The translations under genes were made by a program, and so were the position numbers. Source: an uncultured Acidobacteriota bacterium (GTDB taxonomy: Bacteria > Acidobacteriota > UBA6911). Taken from it: DNA of 64,000 bases. Positions 21,951 to 30,813 of the stretch are shown here, one piece after another. Where the stretch lies: contig CAWHCF010000010.1 in NCBI GenBank assembly GCA_963827655.1, forward strand, positions 224,001 to 288,000, in the 5' to 3' direction. The notes under the pieces are model-generated. The model had not been told where the DNA came from. It was given only the letters and a program-made list of their open reading frames with translations, and made no database searches. Positions within the stretch are counted from its first letter, which is position 1. Every line of letters starts with the position of its first letter.

Positions 21951-23732
21951 CTACTTCGTCGTCGGCACTTCCAGTTCGAAGGCGATTTCGCCGCGGCGCC
22001 AATCAAGGGCTGCGCCCGGCGGCGCCGGTTGGACATTGACCGGTACCGTCAGCACTCCGACGGCGCGGCGCAATTCCTTTTCCGGGGCGTTGGCATAGGG
22101 ATTAAAGGGGAGCACAGGCCAGGTCAGCCGGGCGGCCGGATCGACACGGAGGGTCCAGCCGCGATGGCGGATCCAGCCGCCAATCTGGTCGGGGAGCAGC
22201 TCGACGCGGCTGGCATCCAGAGCGACCTTCGTCCTGGCGGTTTCCAGCATCTCGCCTCCCTGCAAGCGGAGTTGCAGGTTGAGCTGTACATCTTGCAGCC
22301 GTCCGCGGCCCGTCTCGGTGATCGCGAAGCGCAGCGCCACGCGATCGTCGCGCGGCGCCGGCACCTCGGCTTCGGCGAAAAAGGTGAAATAGCCCAGGCC
22401 AAGCCGGTCGCGCTCGTCGTTCATTCGCAGCCGGCTACTGAGCGGTATCGTCGTTACGCGCGGGGCAGGCGCCGGAGGCGTCCCGCTCGACGCGACGTTT
22501 CCCTCGCGCGGAGCCTGCGGACTGCGATCGACGGTCTTCTCCAGAAATGTGGCCAGCTCCGGCTGATACTTGGAGTTGGCGCCGGTGATAATCAGTCCAA
22601 GCTTTTCGTGATAAATGCTCAGGTGACCCTGTCGGTCCAGAGTGAACTGACTGTCGATCGGGGTATCGATCAGGCCGGAAAGGCAGACAACCCAGGGCCC
22701 GCTCTTGCGAATCCCCGCAGCTTCTTTCATCTGGTAGGCGGAACGGGTCAGCTCTTGCGGAATTGGCTCGGTCGGTCCCTCGTGATAGTAGAGCGCGCTT
22801 TGTGAGAGCCGGCCCAGATCGCGCGAGCTTGTTTTCCCGGGCGTGAAGAAACCGGCCAGGAAAGCGGCATAGCGGCGACCGTCGGGCCAGTGAGAAAAGC
22901 CGAATTGGCCCCACGGGCTGACGGCCCAGTGCCGGTTACGGCCGTTGATCGTCTCGACCGGCGTGCCGTCGGGCCACGTGAAATTCTTGTGGAAGTTGGT
23001 CGCCCGCCGCAGGGCCTCGAGCGCCGCGGGGTCGCGGCTGTGTTCCCAGTAAAGGGCGACGCAGCACATGGTCAGATAGTTATAGCCGGTCGCGGGCCCG
23101 TTGTCGGTGAATTCGGCCCAGTAGCCATCCGGGGTCTGTTCCTCGGAGGCCAGCCGGTGGAGCGCGCGCGCGCCCAGCTGCTCCCATTCCTTGTTCGCCA
23201 GGACCCGCCCGGCCAGATAGGTCGTCGAGGCGAAGAGCGCATAGTGATTGGTCGAAGTCCGAATGTACGGTCCCTGGTAGCGGGGGAAGTCAATGCGATA
23301 AGCCACCTGGCCGGCGAACCAGCGCGTGATCTTCTCGATCTCCCGTTGCCAACGGGCGCGCCGCTCATTGCCCAGCTGGGTTTCGAGCAAGCGAAACGTA
23401 TCGAGCCAGAAATGGATTTCCCACTCGTAGTCCTGCTTGTTTTCGGCAGTGTCCTTTTCGCTCTGGCCGGCAAACAGATCGCCAAGCTTCAGCGCCAGGT
23501 CGAGCTTCTGTTTGTCGCCCAGCGAGGGATTGGCCTGATGCTTCTTGGTGTAGAGCACGGCTGCGGCCAGCATTGCGCCGTGGTTGGACTTCAAGTTGTC
23601 GGGTTGGAGCGGTTTCAGCTCGGCTTCCATCAGCTTGAAGTAATATCCCGGCAGCTCCACCGAAGGGGGAGCAGCCGACGCTCCCAGAACGAATCCGACG
23701 AGAATCAGGCAGGTAAAGCGACGCGGTCTCAT
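21951..23732 (-). CDS. Secreted hypothetical protein, probable alpha/alpha-barrel + beta-sandwich (polysaccharide lyase-like)
   Basis: Signal peptide; TSTNH, DGYWAE, GPATGYNY, INGRNR; helical N-half and beta-rich C-half. Confidence 0.6.
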   Translation of the reverse strand: MRPRRFTCLILVGFVLGASAAPPSVELPGYYFKLMEAELKPLQPDNLKSNHGAMLAAAVLYTKKHQANPSLGDKQKLDLALKLGDLFAGQSEKDTAENKQDYEWEIHFWLDTFRLLETQLGNERRARWQREIEKITRWFAGQVAYRIDFPRYQGPYIRTSTNHYALFASTTYLAGRVLANKEWEQLGARALHRLASEEQTPDGYWAEFTDNGPATGYNYLTMCCVALYWEHSRDPAALEALRRATNFHKNFTWPDGTPVETINGRNRHWAVSPWGQFGFSHWPDGRRYAAFLAGFFTPGKTSSRDLGRLSQSALYYHEGPTEPIPQELTRSAYQMKEAAGIRKSGPWVVCLSGLIDTPIDSQFTLDRQGHLSIYHEKLGLIITGANSKYQPELATFLEKTVDRSPQAPREGNVASSGTPPAPAPRVTTIPLSSRLRMNDERDRLGLGYFTFFAEAEVPAPRDDRVALRFAITETGRGRLQDVQLNLQLRLQGGEMLETARTKVALDASRVELLPDQIGGWIRHRGWTLRVDPAARLTWPVLPFNPYANAPEKELRRAVGVLTVPVNVQPAPPGAALDWRRGEIAFELEVPTTK

Positions 23733-23773
23733 GACATGGCCTCCATGCGGCGGAACAAAAACCAACCACTAAG

Positions 23774-24037
23774 AAGACTCGCAGAAACGCTAAGCTTCGC
23801 ACTCGGCGCGAATGTCGGCAGTGAGTTCTTGAAGGGTTTCCGTTTGTGCCGGCCTAAGGCTCAGGATCGCGCCACTTCGGGTGCGCCGAAGGCCCAGCTG
23901 GCTCTGTCCTCGCACCTCACGTACAGACCTCGAAAACGCACGTCGCTACGCGCACTCGCCAGACGGGCCTTGGCCTGCAACAAAACAGCGACTTAGTTCT
24001 GCCGAATCGTAAGACAAAGACTCGAAGAAACGCTAAG
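23774..24037. repeat. Intergenic segment bounded by 21-bp direct repeats
   Basis: aagactcgcagaaacgctaag at ~23774 and aagactcgaagaaacgctaag at ~24017 (1 mismatch). Confidence 0.7.
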
Positions 24038-24044
24038 TGTCGGA

Positions 24045-24491
24045 TCAAAACACGATGCGGTCTTTTTTGGCTTCGATCTTCTCTGCGTCCACCCCGGGCA
24101 CTTTTTTGAGGTCTTCGATCGACTTGAACTTGCCGTTCTTGGTTCGATAGGCAATGATGGCGGCGGCTTGAGAGCGCCGAAGAGAGAGCCTGCTCTCCAG
24201 CTCAATAGCGGCGGCCTTATTCACATTGACGGGGGGAACCTCCCCCGCCGGGAAGTGCTTGGCCAGGTAGTCAAGAATCAAAGCGAGCTCCTGGTCCGAT
24301 GCTTTAGTGCCTAAACCCACCATTTTGTTCAGAGTCGCCAGCCAGCCATCGCGATCCTGCCGCTTTGAGACCGACTGTTCCATATCGTGGCAACCCTTGC
24401 AGACTCTCTCGGTCTCTTCGCGTCCCGGACCTTCAGGGAGTTGCGCCCACAGATTGGTTGAGAACAGCAGAAAGAGAATTATGCCCGTCAT
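24045..24491 (-). CDS. c-type cytochrome fused to ComEA-like helix-hairpin-helix domain
   Basis: Signal peptide; LPEGPG...CKGCH heme motif; VNVNKA...AIIAYRTKNGKFKSIEDLKKVPGV. Confidence 0.85.
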   Translation of the reverse strand: MTGIILFLLFSTNLWAQLPEGPGREETERVCKGCHDMEQSVSKRQDRDGWLATLNKMVGLGTKASDQELALILDYLAKHFPAGEVPPVNVNKAAAIELESRLSLRRSQAAAIIAYRTKNGKFKSIEDLKKVPGVDAEKIEAKKDRIVF

Positions 24492-24532
24492 AGGTTACTT
24501 TATCGTTCGACTCGCGACCGAGTCAGTCCACT

Positions 24533-26156
24533 CTAACGCTCCAGGTGGAAGCCGAACGCGTACTGCGTTCCGTCATAGCCTCCGACATAAACACGGCCTC
24601 CACCTGCCGAGAGTCCACCGCTATGCACAAAGGATGTGATCGCGCCGCCACTGTTCCACAGCTCTTTGCCGGTCACGGCATCGAGCGCGTACAAGACCGC
24701 TGTCGAGGAACGCTGTGCGCGCTGCGCGGCGGTAAGCTGAGGATCGCTCGAGCGGAACTCGCCGCTGGAGAGCGCAAAAACCACGCCATTGACGATCGTG
24801 GGCGGCAGTGGCGAAACCATGTCGCGCGAGACCCAGCGCGGTCGCAAGGTGGGAGCGCCGTTCTCTTCAACGACCTCGAATGCGACAATCGCGCCATTGC
24901 TGACCTCGCCGTTGCCGGACGCAGATCCGGCGGCTGAGGCGACCGAGCCGCCGGCCGGAGCCAATAGCCAACGTGTGCCGTCGGAGCCCTGCCAGCTGGC
25001 CAGGGAGCCCGCGGCAAAGTCCGGGTTTGAAAAAGCGGGCGTTATTGCCAGCGGCTTACCGTCCAGCGCGGCGGTGTCGAGCAACTGAATCCGGCCGTCG
25101 CGGGTAGCCACGGCGATCAGATCCTTGTCCTTGTACTCGAACACGACGGGCGAAGAAGTGAAATCCTTTCCGGCCTTGTAGGAAGTCTTGACCGTGAGCG
25201 TGCCCGGCTCGAGCGCCACCAGTTCTCCGCCCGCGGCGGCCACATAGAGCGTTCCGTCCGGACCCACCGCGAAACCTGCCGATCCGGCCACTCCGCCACC
25301 GGATTTCCAGTGAGTCACCTTCTTCGACTCCAGATCGAGCGCCCAGACACCATCTTCGACACCGCCACAACCGTTGACAGTCGCCACATACGCGGTGTTG
25401 TCAAACACGATCAGGCCGCGGGCATTCGCATTGGGCGGCAAGAACTGGATGGGCGGGTTCGGTTCTTCGCCGTTGGATACATAGAGCGAATGGAACTTGC
25501 CGTCGGACGTAACCGCGTGCACGTACTGCGGACCGCGGGCGAACGGGTTGGGCGCAGGCGCGGTTCTGCGGCCCGCCCCAGTCGCCGGAGTTGCCGGAGC
25601 CGGAGGCTGAAGTGGCCGCTCTTTCAGGGTGACCGCACCCTCGAAGGGTTCGCCAACTCCCGACTTTGCCGGCCCGCCCCGTCCGAAACCGCGGATAGCG
25701 GCCACCGCAGGGTATGCGACAAAAGTGGGACGCGTAAGGCTCGAGGTCATTCCTCCGGGGCAGAGGAGGGACGCGGGCGGCGCTGGAATCCGATGCAAGA
25801 CTCTTTTCCCACTCGATGCGGGCCATGTCGACGTCCATCGCGATGATTTTGTCCGAACTGCCGCCCACGAATCCGAGCGAACGGAAGCCGCGGTACCCGA
25901 TGTAGAAGTCGAACAGCACCGCCGGCATCAATGAATTCAGTTGCCGAGCCTCGTTTTGCAACTTGAGCTTCCATACGAGCTCAAAGCCGGGCTTCGCCAT
26001 GGTCGCGGCGGAAATCTTTGCGTCCCCCCGGACCCAGGACGACCGCTGGCCATCGTTGCCCATGGTCGTCCAGTCCGTACCACGCTGGGCGTACAACTGG
26101 CTTATGGCTCCAAGTGCGTAGCCTGCGAACACCGCGGAACGAACTAACTTTTGCAT
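24533..26156 (-). CDS. PQQ-binding-like beta-propeller protein, frameshift near 25785
   Basis: [47 protein letters not shown]; paralog of the next gene. Confidence 0.8.
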
Positions 26157-26480
26157 ACCAAGAAAACTCCTCTTCGGTTCGCGACCGGAAACTCGGTGAT
26201 TTGAAGCCAGGTTTCCGTCAAATCCGGCGTCCGAGCAATCCGCGAAACACTTGGCATTGTTCATCGGCTATCTTTGCGATTGGTGTCCTGGACGCTTGAC
26301 TTAAAATAGCCCTTCGAAAAATCGCCCACTAACCATAAACATCGACCTTGCCGTACGATGGATCGTCTTCAATCCCCTTACTCCGGGGATGTCACACGCG
26401 TACGGTTTGCTGTATAGTGAGGCGTTTGGGGAGAAAAGTAAAGCCACGTCGACTCATCTGCGTCGTCGGAGAGACCGCCC

Positions 26481-28034
26481 ATGAGAAGATTCCGAATCGT
26501 TGTTCCGTCGTTCCTATGGCTGCTTGGCGTCAGCGCCTGGAGCGCTGACTGGCTGACTGATGGCGGCGATGTGATGCGCACCAACTGGCAGAAGGACGAA
26601 AGCATCATCAACACGAAGAACGCGAAGGACATCAAGTTACTTTGGAAAATCAAGCTGGACAACCAGCCGCGCCAGATGCATTCGCTCCTCCCTCCGCTCG
26701 TAATTGGACGCGTCAACACCGGCAGCGGTCCGAAGCAGCTCGTCATCCAGGCCGGCGTCTCGGATAATCTCTATGCTATCGACGTTGCTACAGGTGAACT
26801 CCTCTGGAAGAGGCGTTTTGAAAGCACATACGAGGACCCGCCCGGCGCCCGCGGACCGACTGTGCTGTGCCCCGGAGGCATGACGGCAAACGTGACGATC
26901 GGACCCGGGGGAGAGCCCGGCAAGTACACTATCTACGCCGCCTCCTGGGACGGCCGCCTGTGGCAGGTCAACGCTGCCGACGGAAAGGACAATGCTCCGC
27001 CTGCCAAATTCATGCCCCCCAACGGCAAGCCGTATGCGATGAACCTGTTCAAGAACGTTCTGTACACCCACAGCGCGCAGGGTTGTGGCGGCAACCCGAA
27101 CGTCGTCTACGCCTATGATCTGGCCACCCACAAGGTAGGCAGTTGGGGACCGGCGGGCGGGGGCATGTGGGGCCGATCCGGTCCTGCCATCAGCGCCAAC
27201 GGAACGATGTATACCGGAACGGGCGACGGGCGTTGGGACCCGGAAAACGGAGTCTTCGGCAACGGTATTATCGGCGTGAAGCAGAATCCCGAGACCAAGA
27301 GTCTGGAGCTCGTGGACTACTACGGGCCTTCCAACGCCGAATGGCTCTTCAAGCGTGATCTGGATATGCAGGTGACGCCCACCATTTTCAGTTACCAGGG
27401 CAAGGAGTACATGGTGGACGCCAGCAAGGAGTGTCGTCTTTACTTTATGGATACGGAATCCATCGGCGGCGACGATCATCGGACACCAGTCTACCGCACG
27501 CCCCTCATCTGCAATGAAATTGTGGATTTTGCGGAGGCCGGCATCTGGGGTTCCCTGGCCACGTGGGAAGAATCGAATGGAACCCGTTGGCTGTTGACAC
27601 CCTTTTGGGGACCGAAGCACTCCCAGTTCAAGGCGCCGGTGGAGCATGGCGAAGTCAAGAAGGGCGCCATCGCAGCGTTCAAGGTGGAGCCGAAGGAGGG
27701 CAAAGTGCAGTTGTCGCCGGCGTGGATTTCGCGCGACATGGATCAGGCCGAGCCCCCCGTGATCGCCAATGGCGTGGTATATGCCTATGGCAGCGGCGAA
27801 AACACGGCGCAGGCATTTCCGGACGTGGGCCTCGACTTCCGGATGGAGCGGCGACTTCCCAAGTCGACGCACGCCGTGCTGTACGCCCTGGATGCCCAGA
27901 CAGGCAAGGAGCTCTGGTCCAGCGGCAAGCAGATCCCCACGTGGAATCACTGGGGCGGTCTCGCGATGGCCAACGGGCGGGTGTACATCAACACGTACGA
28001 CGGGGTTCTGTACTGCTTCGGCATCAAGAAGTGA
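26481..28034 (+). CDS. PQQ-binding-like beta-propeller protein
   Basis: [46 protein letters not shown]. Confidence 0.85.
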   Translation: MRRFRIVVPSFLWLLGVSAWSADWLTDGGDVMRTNWQKDESIINTKNAKDIKLLWKIKLDNQPRQMHSLLPPLVIGRVNTGSGPKQLVIQAGVSDNLYAIDVATGELLWKRRFESTYEDPPGARGPTVLCPGGMTANVTIGPGGEPGKYTIYAASWDGRLWQVNAADGKDNAPPAKFMPPNGKPYAMNLFKNVLYTHSAQGCGGNPNVVYAYDLATHKVGSWGPAGGGMWGRSGPAISANGTMYTGTGDGRWDPENGVFGNGIIGVKQNPETKSLELVDYYGPSNAEWLFKRDLDMQVTPTIFSYQGKEYMVDASKECRLYFMDTESIGGDDHRTPVYRTPLICNEIVDFAEAGIWGSLATWEESNGTRWLLTPFWGPKHSQFKAPVEHGEVKKGAIAAFKVEPKEGKVQLSPAWISRDMDQAEPPVIANGVVYAYGSGENTAQAFPDVGLDFRMERRLPKSTHAVLYALDAQTGKELWSSGKQIPTWNHWGGLAMANGRVYINTYDGVLYCFGIKK

Positions 28035-28045
28035 ACCCCGTATGG

Positions 28046-28072
28046 GATTGACGATTGACGATTGACGATTGC
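28046..28072. repeat. 7-bp tandem repeat (GATTGAC)
   Basis: gattgacgattgacgattgacgattgc just after the gene stop. Confidence 0.8.
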
Positions 28073-28094
28073 GACGCAGGGACGTTGAGAGAAG

Positions 28095-29048
28095 ATGGGC
28101 CAGCGCGTGGCATCTTTACGCTTTCGCTTTCACAGAACGGGTAGAAGAAACCTTGGCTGCACCCCCGGCAGAGCCTGCATGCAGGCTGTCGCGTTTCTCG
28201 ACGCGCCGCGCGGTTTCGGCCGCCTTGCGGTGCGATCAAATGAGAAACGCACTCCGCGCGCCGCCGGCCGATCTCGCAACCGGCTCTGTGGATTTCGGTA
28301 TTTCTTCGGCTTGGTTGTGCTCCTGCTGTCCAGTGTTGGAGTGTCGGTCCAGGCCCAAACGGTGGACCCTGCCAGGACCATCGCCGAGTTGGAACGGGAG
28401 TTGGCCGCTCACGTGCGCCTCCTGAGTGACTGGGGCGGTCTCACACGGTACGGCAGCGAGAATGCCGATCTGGGTCCCCCGGCTCCGGGCGTTGATCGAG
28501 TGGTTTTTCTGGGCGATGAGATCACCGAGATGTGGGGCCGGGGCGAGGCGAAGTTTTTCCCCGGAAAGCCGTTCTTGAACCGGGGCATTCGTCATCAGAC
28601 CACGCCCCAAATGCTGGTCCGCTTCCGCCAGGATGTCATCAGCCTGAAGCCGAAGGTCGTGGTGATCCAGGGAGGTTCCAGCGACCTGGCGGGTTACTCG
28701 GGTCCAGCCACCCAGGGCACCATCTCCGAGAATTTCATGTCGATGACCGAACTTGCCAAGGCCAACGGCATTCGCGTTGTGCTGGCCTCGGTCACGCCGG
28801 TCTGCGACTGCTTCAAGATCCTGACGGACCGCCGGCCGCCGGGAAGGATCATTGGAATCAACGGATGGTTGAAGGATTACGCGGCCGAAAGCGGTTCGGT
28901 CTACCTCGACTACTATTCTGCGCTGGTCGAAGGCCGGGCAATGAGGAAGGAATTCACCGTGGACGGTCTCATCCCGAACGACGCCGGTTACAAGGCGATG
29001 GCTTCGCTGGCCGAGCAGGCCATAATCCAGGCTCTGGGCCCGAAGTGA
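28095..29048 (+). CDS. SGNH/GDSL-fold protein with substituted catalytic residues
   Basis: RVVFLGDEITE, NRGIRHQTTPQMLVRFRQDV, GSSD, DGLIPN; true start probably further downstream. Confidence 0.8.
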   Translation: MGQRVASLRFRFHRTGRRNLGCTPGRACMQAVAFLDAPRGFGRLAVRSNEKRTPRAAGRSRNRLCGFRYFFGLVVLLLSSVGVSVQAQTVDPARTIAELERELAAHVRLLSDWGGLTRYGSENADLGPPAPGVDRVVFLGDEITEMWGRGEAKFFPGKPFLNRGIRHQTTPQMLVRFRQDVISLKPKVVVIQGGSSDLAGYSGPATQGTISENFMSMTELAKANGIRVVLASVTPVCDCFKILTDRRPPGRIIGINGWLKDYAAESGSVYLDYYSALVEGRAMRKEFTVDGLIPNDAGYKAMASLAEQAIIQALGPK

Positions 29049-29142
29049 TCCAGGCACCGGTCTGATGATTGTCGCGAAACCACCCGATACATGTGCGGAC
29101 GGGCTATCAAGCCCGTCCGGCCCCCTGGTGGCACAAAAGCTT

Positions 29143-29257
29143 TCATTGGTCATTTCTCATTCGTCATCTGTCATTTGTCATTAGTGGGTGCTGCGGGCGG
29201 GTTTGCGCTCGCAGACTACGCGGGCCTTGTTACCCCATGAATGACAAATGAAAATGA
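29143..29257. repeat. Degenerate 7-bp repeat inverted pair (TCATTTG / AATGACA)
   Basis: tcattggtcatttctcattcgtcatctgtcatttgtcatt ... aatgacaaatgaaaatga. Confidence 0.65.
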
Positions 29258-29325
29258 ACAGACCTGATGACCCGTCGCCACAGTCAAATTGCAGGGTTAG
29301 AGCTGAGGTTTCAGCAACCGCGGGG

Positions 29326-30813
29326 TCAGCGCTTGGGCGCAACGTCGGCGTCAAACGCGGCGGTCAGGATCCGATCTCCGACCTTGACCTGAACCCAGAG
29401 GCGATAACGGCCGTCCTGCGGGAACTCGAATGGAAAGGAGACGGTGCCGCCGGCCACGGCGGCGTGCTCGCTGTGATCCACTGGCTTTGTGGTTGCGCCG
29501 GCGCCGCGCTCGAGTACCTGCTGAGCCGCCATCGAGAAACTCCCGGCAGGATGGATGTGGGCGAAGACGGAACCGTCATCGCGCCGGACGGCCATGTGTC
29601 CCAGCATCCCCATATAGGGCTCGAGCGCGGCCGGGCGGCCGTCGCTCCCGCGCACCTGAAAAGTGAGAGATGAGGGCTGCCCCGCGACCAGCTCCTGCTG
29701 TTGCCAGACCATGACGATACCGTCGGCGAGCGGAGCCGCCGGGCTTGCCGCGCCACCAAGCGCCGCGGCGACGTGGAAGGAGTCGTCAGGATCGGGTTCG
29801 GGCGCGGCGCCCGGCGCCGCCGTTGATGGGGCTTCGGGTACGTCGACACGATCGGTCAGAGTCTGCGCATATCCGCTCTCGTGCGTGACGTCGGCGTAGA
29901 CGACGTAGCGGCCGGCGGGGAGCGGCGGCAACCTGACGTCAAAAGTGTTCGGGTCAAGGCGGAGCGGATGGAGGTGCGCGAAGGCGTCGAGCGCCGGCTC
30001 GCGCACGAGGAACATGTGCATCAGCTTGCCATGGTCCGGCACCAACGGACTGAAGCGGTTCCGTCCCGGTTCCTGCGCGAGCCACCGCGGATCGTCGATC
30101 GCCAGGCGGAGCACGCGCTGCGAGGCCACGGAGCGGACGCCGGTGGTGATGTGGAGCGGGCGAAACATGTTGGCGCGGTAGCGGGCGTCGACGCTGTTCC
30201 ACCATGCCCTCCCACCCGCGAGCACGAGCGCCAGAACGAGAGCAGATCCGGCGATGACGCGTCGACCACGGGCCCGGCGGGCCGCGTCGGGAACTTCGCC
30301 GGGCGGAAGCACGGCCTCGCGCGCCGCAGCGCCGAGGATGGTCAGGGCCCCGACAAACAGCAAAAGACCGAGCCCTGCGAACAGCACGCCGAGCCCCCGG
30401 TCGATTCCGAGCCGCCGCGTCGCCACCGACATCACCGGGACGACGGCCTTGCCCGACCCGGACGTGCCTTCGACCGCGACGTGGATGCTGTAGGAGCCGA
30501 AGTCCATGAGCCAGAGCTCCGCGCTCCGAAGGGTCGCGTCGCCGCGCACCGGCTGTGCCAGATCGGGGGCTGGCGCACCTTTGGTGCCGGCGTCCCAGCG
30601 GACGGGTTGGACCGTGACCCTCCCCACCTCCGGGCTCTCGACTCGGACGGTCACTTCGGCGCGTCCCGGCACGACGCCGGGCGGGCGGACGATCACGTCG
30701 ATCGCGTAGGGCCCGGCGTTGCCATGATAGAAAACGGTCGAAGCGCCGATGTGCCCCCAGGTGGCGAACGGTATCGCGATAAGGAAAGCGAGGCGCGCGA
30801 GCGTCCTGATCAC
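29326..30813 (-). CDS. Membrane-anchored periplasmic His/Met-rich putative copper protein with PmoB-like topology
   Basis: Signal peptide ending ATWG|H21; beta-rich domain; 2 TM helices; C-domain PDHGKLMHMF, FAHLHP, YMGMLGHM, FAHIHP; GTG start overlaps the upstream TGA. Confidence 0.75.
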   Translation of the reverse strand: MIRTLARLAFLIAIPFATWGHIGASTVFYHGNAGPYAIDVIVRPPGVVPGRAEVTVRVESPEVGRVTVQPVRWDAGTKGAPAPDLAQPVRGDATLRSAELWLMDFGSYSIHVAVEGTSGSGKAVVPVMSVATRRLGIDRGLGVLFAGLGLLLFVGALTILGAAAREAVLPPGEVPDAARRARGRRVIAGSALVLALVLAGGRAWWNSVDARYRANMFRPLHITTGVRSVASQRVLRLAIDDPRWLAQEPGRNRFSPLVPDHGKLMHMFLVREPALDAFAHLHPLRLDPNTFDVRLPPLPAGRYVVYADVTHESGYAQTLTDRVDVPEAPSTAAPGAAPEPDPDDSFHVAAALGGAASPAAPLADGIVMVWQQQELVAGQPSSLTFQVRGSDGRPAALEPYMGMLGHMAVRRDDGSVFAHIHPAGSFSMAAQQVLERGAGATTKPVDHSEHAAVAGGTVSFPFEFPQDGRYRLWVQVKVGDRILTAAFDADVAPKR

